Origin: an uncultured delta proteobacterium
Lineage (GTDB): Bacteria; Myxococcota; Myxococcia; Myxococcales; Anaeromyxobacteraceae
Reading direction: 5' to 3'
Assembly: GCA_963757745.1 (NCBI GenBank)
Contig: CAVWSG010000007.1
Location: 490,932 to 554,931, forward strand
Length of the DNA: 64,000 bases
Below the pieces are notes generated by a model. It did no database searches, had not been told where the DNA came from, and saw only the letters and a list, made by a program, of their open reading frames with translations. This document shows positions 40,875 through 51,592 of this stretch, in pieces. Position 1 is the stretch's first letter; every line of letters begins with the position of its first letter. A program made the position numbers and the translations under genes.

Positions 40875-41660
40875 CTACCCGGGCCGCCACGGGGCGTCAA
40901 CGCGGCGGTCGGCCGGTGAGCCCGCCGGGGCCTGCAGGCGTAGCGCACTCTCCGTGCCCCCTTGCGCCACGAACTTCGGCCTCACGACCACCGCGGAGGC
41001 GAGCCTCACCCCCCGCCTCCGGAGCGACTCCACCAGCGCCGGAAGCTCGGAGAGCGCCGCCCGGTGGGTGGCCGCGGAGGGCAGGAGCTCGAGCTCCAGC
41101 CCCCGCCCCCCTTGTCGGAGGCGCACCGCCAGCTGGTGAGGGAACCGGAGGAGGAGCTCCGGCGTGCCCGAGGAGCGCTGCAGTGTGACGACGAGGCGTT
41201 CCACGGCCGCCGGCGAGAGGAGCGAGCCGCTCGAAGGTAGGGGGACCGCGCCGGAGGCGGGAGCGGAGACCTCGCCAGCGAGCGGCGTCCCGCCCTCCGT
41301 CCCTCTTCGCGGTTCCAGCTCCAGCTCGAGCTCAGCCTCCTCTCGACCCTCCTCGCGGCGCACGAGGAGCCGCTCCTGGATTTCCTGGTGATGGGTGCGG
41401 CGCGCGCCGAGGGTGAAGTCCCGGGCCCCCGCTCCCCGCACTCGCACGCTGATTCCCTTTTCGGCGGTCAGCCCTGCCGGCGGCGCTGGGCGTGCCCGGC
41501 GCGCGGGTGAGGCACTGGCGTCCACCCGCGCCGCGCCGGGCGCCGCGCGCTTCGGTGAGCCGCGTGCGCGAGCGAGCGCCTCGAGGAAGCTCCCTCTCCC
41601 GGCGGCGCGTGCATCTCCCGGTGCGCCCACTGCGCCGCGGCCGGCGGCGTTCACGGTCAT
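40875..41660 (-). CDS. FliK-like protein (flagellar hook-length control C-terminal domain)
   Basis: C-terminal ELLLRFPHQLAVRLRQGGRGLELELLPSAATHRAALSELPALVESLRRRGVRLASAVV matches the Flg_hook/FliK domain; Ala/Arg/Pro-rich N-terminus. Confidence 0.45.
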   Translation of the reverse strand: MTVNAAGRGAVGAPGDARAAGRGSFLEALARARGSPKRAAPGAARVDASASPARRARPAPPAGLTAEKGISVRVRGAGARDFTLGARRTHHQEIQERLLVRREEGREEAELELELEPRRGTEGGTPLAGEVSAPASGAVPLPSSGSLLSPAAVERLVVTLQRSSGTPELLLRFPHQLAVRLRQGGRGLELELLPSAATHRAALSELPALVESLRRRGVRLASAVVVRPKFVAQGGTESALRLQAPAGSPADRRVDAPWRPG

Positions 41661-42163
41661 GTCGCGCGCGCGTCGCGTCCGGGGGTGAGCAGCGAAGGTC
41701 TCGCGCGAGCGTGGGCGGTGATCACCCGCAGGCGAAGCGCCGCCACCGTCTCCTCGCCGAGGCCGAGTCTCGCCTCCAGCTCCCGCACCTCCTCCTCGCG
41801 GCCGCGCGCCTCCTCCAGGAGCGCCGGGCCTGCGCCGCTGCGGGATGCAAAGAGCACCTCGCCGCGAGCGCGGACGGCGGCGGCGGCCGCTTGCGCCCGT
41901 CCGTGCTGGTGGCACAGGCACGCGAGGGCACGCTCCGCCTCGTCGAGTTCGGCGGCGACGAGGTCGAGCCCCGAGGAGCCGGCGGTGAGCCGCCCCCAGT
42001 GCGCGCTCCGCGGAGACGAGAACCGAGGCGGGGGTGGCGAAGGGGTCGCGCGGGATCTCCCGGGAAAGCACCCCTCGCCGTCACCGAGAGCCGAGAGCCT
42101 GGCGCGGCTCGCGTCGTTCGACTCCAGCTCCGGACGTTCCATCTTGCACACCCTGCCTTCCAT
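41657..42163 (-). CDS. Coiled-coil protein, possibly FliJ-like
   Basis: Ala/Arg/Glu-rich helical protein that ends in an ATGA overlap with the FliK-like gene; the assignment rests on context only. Confidence 0.25.
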   Translation of the reverse strand: MEGRVCKMERPELESNDASRARLSALGDGEGCFPGRSRATPSPPPPRFSSPRSAHWGRLTAGSSGLDLVAAELDEAERALACLCHQHGRAQAAAAAVRARGEVLFASRSGAGPALLEEARGREEEVRELEARLGLGEETVAALRLRVITAHARARPSLLTPGRDARAT

Positions 42164-42406
42164 CGCTTCCCCTCCCGGTTTCGTCCTCGCCCCCACCCGG
42201 GGATTTGCACCGGAGGTGCCGGAGAGAGCAGGCGCGCGCGAAAAGACTGCCAAAGCGTGGCGGTGCGGAGGACTCGACCCGCCGCGGTGGTCCTCCGAGG
42301 GCGAAGCGGCCGGCCGAGGCGCGGACCAGCGGTTGCGTAGCGTCCCCCGTGCGGCGAGCGCAGAAGAGGTCCCTACTGCGGGGCGAGCGCCACTATTTTC
42401 CCCGCC

Positions 42407-42859
42407 ATGAGCTACGAGAAGAGCTTCGAGGTGCGCTGGTCCGACGTGGACGCCAACGGACACGTGCGTCACACCGTCTATCCAACGCTGGGGGCCGAGG
42501 TGCGCCTGGCGTGGCTCGTGGAGGCTGGATTCGACTGGGATTGCTTCGTCGCGGAACGCATCGGCCCGGTGCTCCTCCGGGAGGAGATTGACTATCGCCG
42601 GGAGCTCACCCTGGGGGCGCGGGTGCAGGTCGACCTCGAGGTGGTGGGGCTCTCGCCAGACGGCGGCCGCTGGAAGCTACGACACACCGTCCGCCGCGAG
42701 GACGGGAAGACTGCGGCGCAGGTGATTGTTCTCGGCGGATGGATGGACCTCGACCGGCGGAAGCTCGTCCGGGCCACCGCCCCTCTGCTCGCCGCCCTGG
42801 AGTCCACGGGGAGGGCTGCCGACTTCGAGAGCTTGCCGCCCCTGCATTCGGTGCGCTGA
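42407..42859 (+). CDS. Hotdog-fold acyl-CoA thioesterase (4HBT/YbgC-like)
   Basis: MSYEKSFEVRWSDVDANGHVRHTVY... Confidence 0.75.
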   Translation: MSYEKSFEVRWSDVDANGHVRHTVYPTLGAEVRLAWLVEAGFDWDCFVAERIGPVLLREEIDYRRELTLGARVQVDLEVVGLSPDGGRWKLRHTVRREDGKTAAQVIVLGGWMDLDRRKLVRATAPLLAALESTGRAADFESLPPLHSVR

Positions 42860-43022
42860 GGAGCAGGCCACCCGGTCGCATCCCGGGGGGATCAGCCCAG
42901 GCCCGGGCAGGCGCGCCGCGCGCCGCGCCGCTCCACCCATCGGCTGTGACACTCAGCGTCATCATCGCACGGGTCGTGCACCCCTTTTGAAGGATGCCAC
43001 CGGCGCGGGGCGTCTGCTATAG

Positions 43023-43241
43023 GTGAAGATCATGGACCTCCTGACCCGCTTCGCCGGCAACGTCAAGCGCCTCCGCGCCAAGAAGAAGCTTTCTCAGAAG
43101 GCGCTGGCCGACAAGGTCGGCATCTCCGTGTCCTACGTCTCCATGCTGGAGCGCGGGCAGCGCTCGCCGCCCCTCGAGACGATTGAGAAGATGGCCAAGG
43201 CGCTGGGGGTCGCTCCCGCGTTGCTGCTCGGCGGGAAGTAG
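43023..43241 (+). CDS. XRE-family (Cro/CI-type HTH) transcriptional regulator
   Basis: LRAKKKLSQKALADKVGISVSYVSMLERGQRSP. Confidence 0.8.
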   Translation: MKIMDLLTRFAGNVKRLRAKKKLSQKALADKVGISVSYVSMLERGQRSPPLETIEKMAKALGVAPALLLGGK

Positions 43242-43277
43242 CCAAGCGCCTCGTCGTCCGTCACGGGGGGGCGCTCC

Positions 43278-44987
43278 ATGGAAGGGTCGCCGCCAGCCAC
43301 GCCGCGAGAGCAACTCGACGCCTGCCTGACCAGGCTGCGCGACCGCGCCCCATCCTGGGCGGCCCAGCCCCTGGCGGGTCGCGTGCCCCTGGCGCGGAAC
43401 ATGCTCGCCGGGATCGAGCGCAACGCCGCTCGGATGGTGGCTGCGGCGTGCGCGGCCAAGGGGCTCACCCCTGGCACCGGCGAGGAGGGAGAGGAGTGGC
43501 TCTCGTCTCCGTACGCCATGGAGCGGATCCTCCGGCAGACGGCGCACTCGCTCACCCTGCTGGAACGCAACGGCAACACGCCGGTCGGCCCGACCTCCCT
43601 CACCGCCGACGGGCGGCTCGCGGTGAGGGTTTTCCCCGCCGACCGGATGGACCGTGTCCTCTTCCCCGGCCTCCGCGGCGACGTCCATCTCGAGGCCGGG
43701 GTAGGCGAGTCCGAGCTCCACGCCACCAGGGCGCGGTTCCACCGGGCGCCGTGGCACCGGGGCCGCGTGTGCCTGGTCCTCGGCGCGGGGAACGTGAACT
43801 CCATCCCCGCCGCCGACGTGGCCTTCAAGCTCTTCAACGAGGGGACGGTGTGCCTCCTCAAGATGAACCCCGTGAACGCCTACATGGGGCCCATCCTCGC
43901 GGACGCCTTCGCGGAGGTCATCGCCCAGGGCTGGCTCGCGATTGTGCAGGGCGGCCCCGAGGAGGGGAGCTACCTCGCGCGCCACCCTTCGGTAGACGAG
44001 GTGCACATCACCGGCTCCGACCGCACCCACGACCTCGTTGTCTGGGGTCCGCCCGGCCCGGAACGTGCGGCCCGGCAGGCGCGGGGAGAGCCGCTCCTCA
44101 CCAAGGAGATCACGAGCGAGCTCGGCAACGTCACCCCGGTGATGGTGGTGCCCGGACCCTGGACCGAGCAGGAGCTCGCCTACCAGGCCGAGAACGTGGC
44201 GGGCATGGTCACCCAGAACGCCTCGTTCAACTGCATCGCCGGAAAGTTGCTCGTGCTCCCGCGCGGCTGGCGGCTTGCCGGCCGCTTCCTCGAGCTCTTG
44301 CAGAGCTACCTGGCGCTCGCGCCGGCGAGGAAGGCGTGGTATCCGGGGGCCGCCGAGCGGTACCGCGCCCTCACCGAGGGTCGCCACGACCTCCGCCGCA
44401 TCGGCGGCAGCGCGGAGCCCGGGGCGCTCCCCTGGACCCTCATCGTCGGGCTCGACGCCGGCGACGCGGGGGAGCGCGCCTTTCACACCGAACCGTTCTG
44501 CGGCGTGCTCTCGACGACCGAGCTGGGCAGCGAGGACCCGCTCGACTTCCTGGCGGCGGCGGTCCACTTCGCGAACGAGCGGCTATGGGGCACGCTGGCG
44601 GCGGCGCTCCTCGTCAGCGGACGCACCTCGGCCGATCCCGTGACGGCGGCGGCCGTGGAGTCGGCCATCCGGGCGCTGCGCTACGGTTCCGTGAGCGTGA
44701 ACCTGTTTCCCGGCCTGGCCTACGCCACCGGCGCGGGACCGTGGGGCGCCTTCCCCGGCTCGACCCTGCAGAACATCCAGAGCGGCCGCGGCTTCGTGCA
44801 CAACACCCGCATGCTGGAGCGGGTGGAGAAGCTCGTGGTCCGCGGACCTGCCGCGAGCTTCCTCAAGCTTCCGTGGTTTCCGAGCCACCGCACGGCCCAC
44901 CTCCTGGGCCCGCGGCTCGGCGCCCTGGAGGCGAGCCACCGCTGGGCGCGCCTTCCCGGCGTCGTCGCCGCGGCCGTGCGCGGCTGA
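43278..44987 (+). CDS. Aldehyde dehydrogenase-family protein
   Basis: ALDH-like core with GAGNVNSIP, ITSELGNVTPVMVVP and NASFNCIAGK (conserved Cys); paired with the XRE regulator. Confidence 0.75.
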   Translation: MEGSPPATPREQLDACLTRLRDRAPSWAAQPLAGRVPLARNMLAGIERNAARMVAAACAAKGLTPGTGEEGEEWLSSPYAMERILRQTAHSLTLLERNGNTPVGPTSLTADGRLAVRVFPADRMDRVLFPGLRGDVHLEAGVGESELHATRARFHRAPWHRGRVCLVLGAGNVNSIPAADVAFKLFNEGTVCLLKMNPVNAYMGPILADAFAEVIAQGWLAIVQGGPEEGSYLARHPSVDEVHITGSDRTHDLVVWGPPGPERAARQARGEPLLTKEITSELGNVTPVMVVPGPWTEQELAYQAENVAGMVTQNASFNCIAGKLLVLPRGWRLAGRFLELLQSYLALAPARKAWYPGAAERYRALTEGRHDLRRIGGSAEPGALPWTLIVGLDAGDAGERAFHTEPFCGVLSTTELGSEDPLDFLAAAVHFANERLWGTLAAALLVSGRTSADPVTAAAVESAIRALRYGSVSVNLFPGLAYATGAGPWGAFPGSTLQNIQSGRGFVHNTRMLERVEKLVVRGPAASFLKLPWFPSHRTAHLLGPRLGALEASHRWARLPGVVAAAVRG

Positions 44988-45079
44988 GGGCGCGAGGGGT
45001 CTCGCCGAGACCTGCCACCCTGCACGGGCGCGGCGCGCGGGATATCGCCACCGGCCAGCGCGCCGCTCCAGCGGCCCCC

Positions 45080-47146
45080 CTACCAGACCTCGCACCGCTT
45101 CGCGCCCTCCCGCACCATCGGGCTCGCTGCCTTGCAGGCGAAGGCCTGCTGGAACTCGGAGAGGTTCGACAGCGGGCCATTCACCCGCCACACGGGCGGA
45201 GAGTGCGGGTCGGTCACGGCCCGGAGGCGCGCCTGCTCGGGCCGGGTGACGGTGCACCAGCTCTGGGCGTAGCCGAGGAAGAAAGCCTGCTCGGGGGTGA
45301 AGCCAGCCACCGGTGCCTCCGGCGGCTTGCCAGCACGCGACGCCTGGTAGGCCGCGAACGCAAGCTTCAGCCCCCCGAGATCCGCGATGTTCTCGCCCAG
45401 GGTGAGCCTGCCGTTCAGCTTCACGTCGTCCACCGCGACGTACTGGTCATACTGATCGACGACGCAGGCGGCCCGGCGGTCGAACTCCTGGCCCACCGCC
45501 GGGGTCCACCAGTCGCGGAGGTTGCCCGACGCGTCGAACTGGCGCCCCTGGTCGTCGAAGCCGTGGGTGAGCTCGTGCCCCACCACCATGCCGATGGCGC
45601 CGTAGTTCACCGCGTCGGGGGCGCCACGGGTGAAGAACGGCGGCTGGAGGATGCCAGCTGGGAAGACCATCTCGTTCATCGAGGGGTTGTAGTAGGCGTT
45701 CACCGTGGGTGGCGACATGTGCCACTCGGAGCGGTCGAGCGGCTCGCCGATCTTGCCGAGGTCGCGCGCCACCTCGAAGGCGTCGGCCTCGAGCAGCGAG
45801 CGGAGGAACGAGCGCCGGTCCACCTCCATCGCGTCGTACTTCCGCCAGGTGTCGGGGTAGCCCACCTTGTTCACCACGCGCGCGAGCTTCTGGTGGGCAC
45901 GCTCTCGGGTGGCGGCGTCCATCCAGGCGAGCGCGTCGAGGTCGCGCCCCATGGCGTGCTCGATGCCGCCCACCATGCGAACGGTGTCGTCCTTCCCGCC
46001 GGCCCCGAACCAGCGCCGCACGTAGGCCTGGCCCAGCGCCTCGCCGAGCGCGGCGTCGGTGGCCGAGAGGCAGTGCTTCCAGCGAGGCTCCTGCTCCTTC
46101 GCGCCGGTGAAGTTCTTGCTCGTGAAGGCGAAGCGCTCGTCGACGAGCGCCTTCGGCACGGCCCGCGAGCCCGAGAGCTCGGAGAGCATCCGCCAGCGCA
46201 GGTAGCTCCTCCAGGTCTCGGCCGGCACCGAGCCGAGCAGCTCGTCCACGCGGGTGAGGAACTGCGGGGTGGTGGTGCTGAACGCGCGGAGGCCGGGCTC
46301 GCCCAGCGCGTGAAGGTAGCGCTCCCAGGGGAAGCGCGGCATCGCCCGCTCCAGGCCGGCGAGCTCGATGCGGTGGTAGGTCTTGTGCGGGTCGCGGAGC
46401 TCGACCCGCGTCCAGTGGGACTCGGCGAGGGCGCGCTCCAGGCGATAGATGGCCTCCACCTCGGCCGGGATGCCCGCGATGGGTCGCCCGGCGAGGGCGA
46501 GCATCCTCGCCATGTGCTCGCGATAGGCCTCCTGCAGCGCCACGCTCTTTCCATCGGTCCTGGTGTAGTAGTCGCGGTCTGGCAGCGTGAGCCCACCCTG
46601 CACCACCACCCCGATCACCTGGGTGGCGTCGAGCGCGTCCTGATCGCTTCCCACCGCGAAGAGGGCGAAGAGCCCGCGCCGGTGCATGCGGCCTAGCTCC
46701 TCGGCCAGCGAGGCGACGTCGGTCACGCCATCCACCTCGGACCAGAGCTGGTGGAGGTCTTCCATGCCGCGCGCCTCGACCCCCGCCTCGTCCATGCAGG
46801 CGGCCCAGAAGTCGCCCACCTTGCGGCCGTACCGATCCTCCGGGTCGAGCTTGCCCGCCGCGTCCGCCTCGGCCACGCTGCGCAGGAGCACCTGGTTCCG
46901 CTCACGGATGTCGGTGAAGCTGCGCGTCCAGGTGGACTTGTCGGGTGGCAGCTCGAACTTCGACAGCCAACCCCCGCACGCGTAGGCGTAGAAGTCGTCG
47001 CAGGGCTTCACGCTGGGGTCGATGATGGAGGGGTCGATGCCGGTCTCGGCCGGCGGCTTCGCCGCGACGGCACCGGCGCCGGGCGCCACCGCGCTCTTGC
47101 AGGCGGCAAGGAGCGCGACGCTGGAGAGGAGGAGGAGTCGATTCAC
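45080..47146 (-). CDS. M13-family zinc metallopeptidase (PepO / endothelin-converting-enzyme-like) lipoprotein
   Basis: Lipobox LLLSSVALLAAC; HELTHGFD zinc motif; ENIADLGG; C-terminal CEVW. The start is placed at the GTG at 47146 (GGAG RBS); an upstream in-frame ATG lies at 47194. Confidence 0.9.
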   Translation of the reverse strand: MNRLLLLSSVALLAACKSAVAPGAGAVAAKPPAETGIDPSIIDPSVKPCDDFYAYACGGWLSKFELPPDKSTWTRSFTDIRERNQVLLRSVAEADAAGKLDPEDRYGRKVGDFWAACMDEAGVEARGMEDLHQLWSEVDGVTDVASLAEELGRMHRRGLFALFAVGSDQDALDATQVIGVVVQGGLTLPDRDYYTRTDGKSVALQEAYREHMARMLALAGRPIAGIPAEVEAIYRLERALAESHWTRVELRDPHKTYHRIELAGLERAMPRFPWERYLHALGEPGLRAFSTTTPQFLTRVDELLGSVPAETWRSYLRWRMLSELSGSRAVPKALVDERFAFTSKNFTGAKEQEPRWKHCLSATDAALGEALGQAYVRRWFGAGGKDDTVRMVGGIEHAMGRDLDALAWMDAATRERAHQKLARVVNKVGYPDTWRKYDAMEVDRRSFLRSLLEADAFEVARDLGKIGEPLDRSEWHMSPPTVNAYYNPSMNEMVFPAGILQPPFFTRGAPDAVNYGAIGMVVGHELTHGFDDQGRQFDASGNLRDWWTPAVGQEFDRRAACVVDQYDQYVAVDDVKLNGRLTLGENIADLGGLKLAFAAYQASRAGKPPEAPVAGFTPEQAFFLGYAQSWCTVTRPEQARLRAVTDPHSPPVWRVNGPLSNLSEFQQAFACKAASPMVREGAKRCEVW

Positions 47147-47230
47147 TCGAGGTCTCCGCCGGTTCACCGCCCGGCATGGTGAGGGCGCGCTCATGGCGCG
47201 CGGTGGAGGTGATCACGCCCCAGGGCCGCG

Positions 47231-47722
47231 TCAGCGGCGAGCGCTCCCGGCCAGGTTCCCGAGCCGCTGTTCGCGCCTCCGCGCGGCGGCGCGGGCTCGC
47301 TCCTCGTCCTCGGGATCCTCGGCGGAGAGTGGGGGGGCCCTGGAAGGGCGACCCGACGGTCCGAGCGCCACGAAGGTGAGAAACGCCTCGCAGCAGTGGC
47401 GCCGGTCGCCCGACCGGGGGTCCTCAGCCATCACGTTCACCTCCACCTCCATGGAGCTCCCGAAGACGGCGTTCACGTGTGCGCGAAGCACGGCGAGCTC
47501 GCCCACCTTCATGGGGGCGAGGAAGCTGAGCTGGTCGATGGAGGCGGTGACCACGGTCATGCGGCTGTGGCGCATGGCCGCGATGCTGGCGGCGAGGTCG
47601 GTCCACTGCATCACCCTGCCCCCGAAGGCCGTCCCCAGCGCGTTCGCGTCGGGCGGCAGGATGAGCTCGGTCATCTCCACGCGGGAGGCCGAGGGGGGCT
47701 TGGCGGCGAGCTCGGGTGTCAT
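47231..47722 (-). CDS. Acyl-CoA thioesterase (YciA-like hotdog)
   Basis: MTELILPPDANALGTAFGGRVMQWTDLAASIAA. Confidence 0.75.
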   Translation of the reverse strand: MTPELAAKPPSASRVEMTELILPPDANALGTAFGGRVMQWTDLAASIAAMRHSRMTVVTASIDQLSFLAPMKVGELAVLRAHVNAVFGSSMEVEVNVMAEDPRSGDRRHCCEAFLTFVALGPSGRPSRAPPLSAEDPEDEERARAAARRREQRLGNLAGSARR

Positions 47723-47882
47723 GGGCGCCTCTCCAGGGCGCCTCTTTAACGCACGCCGGGCAGCCAATGCATCGTGCGACGGGTGCCCCGACCACCCGCA
47801 TGGCCCCGACCCGGGGGCGAAGGCGACCCACCCGGGAACGCGCGATTCGGGCCCATTTCACCCCGCCTCTGGTGGCACGCGG

Positions 47883-48827
47883 ATGGCTATTCGCGCGCCC
47901 ATGCTCCGCTTCCTGGCCTCGGATGCTTCGGATGACGTCCCCGAGGCGGCCGACCTCACCCGCCGCCTCCGCACCGTCTTCGACGCCCCCGGTTACCGGC
48001 CGCCCATGCTCCCACAGGCGGCGCTCGAGCTCCTCCAGCTCTCGCAGAAGCCGAACGTGCAGTTCGACGACGTGATCCGCCTGCTGGAGCGCGACCCGGT
48101 CCTCGCCGGCAAGGTGCTGTCGCTGGCACAGTCGGCCTTCTACGCCAGCCGCTCCCCCATCCTCTCGCTCCGGCAGGCGGCCGTCCGGCTCGGCCTCGCC
48201 ACCCTGCGCGACCTGGTGCTCGAGGCCTCGCTCCACCTGCGGGTCTTCCGGGTGCCGGGGTACGAGAAGACGATGGAGCGCCTCTCGCGCCACGCGACCG
48301 CCACCGCCCACGTCGTGCGCGTCGTGTGCGCCCGCACCCTGGTCGACGCCGAGTATGCGTTCCTGTGTGGGCTCCTCCACGACGTCGGCTTCGTGGCCTG
48401 CCTGCTCGCCCTCTCCGAGAATCGCGCGCTTCACGCCCTGCCGTTCGAGACCCTGGCGCCCGCGCTCAACGAGGCGCACCAGGAGGCCTCCGGGCTGCTC
48501 GCGCGGCTCTGGAAGCTGCCCGCCCCCATCCAGCGGGTGGTGGCCACCCACCACGAGGTGGTGGTCGACGGCGCACCTCAGCAGGTGAACGCCGCCCTGG
48601 TCATCGCCGAGCACCTCACCTGGGAGGCCGGGGCCGGCATCCTGGCGCCGCCCCCCGAGGCGAGGCCGCTCGGAACCGAGGTCCACGAGCCGCCGCTCGA
48701 CGGCATCGACTCCAACTGGACGGGCGTGGTGGAGGAGGCTCGGGCGGCGCTCGAGATGGACGACCTCGGGTTCTGCGCCGCGCGCGCCGAGAGCTGGGAG
48801 GTGCTGGGGCGGCTCGGCCTGGCCTGA
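47883..48827 (+). CDS. HDOD-domain signalling protein
   Basis: PQAALELLQLSQKPNVQFDDVIRLLERDPVLAGKVLSLAQSAFY...GLLHDVG; the real gene is only the C-terminal third of a 601-aa ORF in the track. Confidence 0.8.
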   Translation: MAIRAPMLRFLASDASDDVPEAADLTRRLRTVFDAPGYRPPMLPQAALELLQLSQKPNVQFDDVIRLLERDPVLAGKVLSLAQSAFYASRSPILSLRQAAVRLGLATLRDLVLEASLHLRVFRVPGYEKTMERLSRHATATAHVVRVVCARTLVDAEYAFLCGLLHDVGFVACLLALSENRALHALPFETLAPALNEAHQEASGLLARLWKLPAPIQRVVATHHEVVVDGAPQQVNAALVIAEHLTWEAGAGILAPPPEARPLGTEVHEPPLDGIDSNWTGVVEEARAALEMDDLGFCAARAESWEVLGRLGLA

Positions 48828-48886
48828 GCCGGGCGCCTCGCCCGGTTGGCGGCCACCCGCCGCGCGACCCTGCGTCGGGCGAGACG

Positions 48887-51590
48887 CTACCCCGCGGTCT
48901 GCAGCCCGGCGGCGATGCCGTTCACCGTGAGCGAGAGCGCGTCGCGCACGCGCGCGGCCTCGGCGCCCGAGGCGTGGGCGAGGCGCTCCATGAGCTCAAT
49001 CTGCAGGTGCGAGAGCACGTCGATGTAGGGGTCGCGCCGCTCGGCGGCCCGAGCCAGCGTGGGCCACGGGTCGAGGAGGCCCTCGTCGCCGGTGAGGGCG
49101 AGGATCGCCTTCACCGTCCGTGAGTGCTCAGCGCGGATGAGCTCGAAGAGCCCGCGGTCCTCCGGCGCCGCCAGCGCCGCGTAGCAGGCGGCCACCTCCG
49201 GGTCGGCCTGGGTGAGGGCGAGCCGCGCGTTGTCGACGAGGCCCCGGAGGAGCGGCCACTCGGAGTAGGCCGCTCGCGCGGCCTCCGGCCCCAGCTCGCC
49301 GAGGAGCGCCTCGAGGGCGCTCCCCAGCCCGAACCACCCCGGAAGGCCGTGACGGCTCTGGTTCCAGGAGAACACCCAGGGGATGGCGCGGAGCGAGGCG
49401 AGGGTGAGCTGCCCGGTCCGGCTCGACGGGCGCGAGGCGAGCCGCAGCTCGGGCATGTGGGCGAGCGGCGTCGCGGCCAGGGCGTAGCGCGCCAGCCGGT
49501 CCGGATCGGCGGTGAGCTCGCGGTAGGCGCCGAGGGCCGCCTGCGCCGCGCGCGCCAGCGTCTCCTCCCGGGCGTGGGTGGCATCCTCCGCGGCGGTGGA
49601 GCCCACCCCGGCGGAGGCCACCAGGACCGCATTCACCATCTGTTCAAGATCGCGCCGGGCGATCTCCAGCCGCCCGTAGCGGGTGGCCACCGTCTCGCCC
49701 TGCTCGGTGACCCGGAAGCGCCCGCGCAGCGCGGCGCGCGGCTGCGCGCGGATGGCGCGGTTGGCCGGTCCCCCGCCGCGCCCGACCGCCCCACCGCGGC
49801 CGTGGAAGATGGTGAGCGTGACGCCCTCGGCCTCGGCCACCTGGGCGAGCGCGAGCTGCGCCTTGTGCAGCGCCACCTGGCTCGGCACGTAGCCCACCTG
49901 CTTGCCGCTGTCGGAGTAGCCGACCATCACCTCCAGCTCTCCCCGCAGGGCGGCGCGCAGCGGCGGCAGCGAGAGCGCCCGGCGCGCGAGCTCGCTCCCC
50001 GCCTCCAGATCCTGGAGCTGCTCGAGGAGCGGCACCGGCCGGATCTCGTCCGTGGCGAGACCCGCCGCGCGCGCGAGGAAGAGCACCTCGACGAGGTCGC
50101 TCGTCGCGCTGGTGAAGCTCACCACGTACCGCTCGCACGCCTCGGGTCCGATGTCGCGGCGCGCCCAGCCCACCACCCGCAAGGTCTCCAGCACCTCCCG
50201 CGTCTCGGGGGAGAGGCGCTGCCGGGCCGCCGCCGGGAGCGAGGGGCGCGAGAGCGCGTCCACCAGCCGCTCCACGCGCTCCCGCTCGGGCAAGGCTCCG
50301 TAGCCCGGGGACCCCCCTTGCGCCAGGATCTCGGCGACGGCGCGCTCGTGCACGGCCGAGTGCTGCCGCACGTCCAGCGAGGCGAGGTGGAAGCCGAAGA
50401 CCTCCGCCCGCCTCCGCGCGTCCTCCAGCGCCCCCCGCGCCAGCCTCGACAGGCCGGCGGCGGTGAGGGTGCGCTGGAGCAGCTCGAGGTCGGCCCGGTA
50501 GGCTCCCGCCTCGGCGTAGCCGCCCTCGGCGCGCACCCGGGTGGCCTCGAGCCGCGCGCGCATGAAGCGGAGCTTCTCGCGCCACAGCTCGTCCGCCCTG
50601 AGTCCCGGGCGCGTGACCGGCTCGCGCACCCGCTCCCGGTCTGCCGCGATGGAGGCGACGAGCTCCTCCACCGCCGCGCCCCCCGCGCTCGCGGCCGAAA
50701 GCCCGTGCGACAGCTCGCCCACGTCGCGCGCGTGGCGGGCGAGGGCCACCGCCCGCTGCCGCTCGAGGGCGGCGCGGGTCACGTCGGCGGTGACGAAGGG
50801 GTTCCCGTCGCGGTCGCCGCCAATCCAGGAGCCGAAGCGCAGGAACGGGCCGACCTGGAATTGCGCCGCCGGCCAGCGGCTGGCGCAGGGCGCGCTCGAG
50901 CTCGCGGTAGACGGCCGGCACGGCGTCGAAGAGCGTGCGCTCGAAGTGAATGAGGCCCGCTCCCACCTCGTCGAGAGGGGTGGGGCGCTCGGTGCGCCCC
51001 TGCCTCGTGGCGGCGAGGGCGGTCACCAGCTCGCGCAGGCGCCCGGCCAGCCCCTCGCGCTCGCGGGCACCGGACCTCGGGTCGTCGAGGAGGTCGAGCA
51101 CCGCGCCGATGCGGCCGAGGTGGTCGAGCACGGTGCGCCGCCGGGCCTCGGTGGGATGGGCGGTGAGCACCGGCATCACCAGCAGTCGATCGAGCAGCGC
51201 CTGGACCTCGCCGGGCGTGGCCCCGCGGGCGTGCAGTTCCTCCACCGCCGCCGAGAGCGAGCCCTCCACCGCCGCCTCCGGGCGATCGCGCGCCCGGAGC
51301 AGCCGGGTCCGGTGCGCCTCCTCCGCCGTGTTGAAGAGGTGGAAGAGGTCGGCGAAGGCCTCGGCCAGGAGCTCCAGCCGCTCAATCGGCTGGGCGTGCA
51401 GCGCCGCCGCGAAGGCCTGCCGCCCGCCGGGGAGCTCCCCCCGCCGCAGGGCGAGCGCCGACTGGCGCACCCCCTCGACGAGCGTGAGCGCGTCCTCGCC
51501 GTGCAGCTCTGCGACCGTCTCCCCCAGCACGCGCCCGAGCAGGCGCATGCGCTCGCGCAGCGCGGATTCGTCCTCACCGGAAGCCGCCAC
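48887..51590 (-). CDS. ppc: Phosphoenolpyruvate carboxylase, one frame interruption at ~50876
   Basis: N-terminal ...RLLGRVLGETVAELHGE...VMPVLTAHPTEARRRT... in one frame. FQVGPFLRFGSWIGGDRDGNPFVT...C-terminal VNGIAAGLQTAG in another. The start is at the GTG at 51590 with a GGGGAG RBS. Confidence 0.85.
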
Positions 51591-51592
51591 GG

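Noticed and set aside
40723-41139. Plus-strand 138-aa ORF and minus-strand 40329-40847 ORF
   Set aside because: Both overlap the tRNA-Cys gene and have no coding signal.
47022-48827. 601-aa plus-strand ORF
   Set aside because: Only the C-terminal 314 aa (from 47883) form the HDOD protein. The upstream two-thirds overlap the minus-strand thioesterase and M13 peptidase genes.
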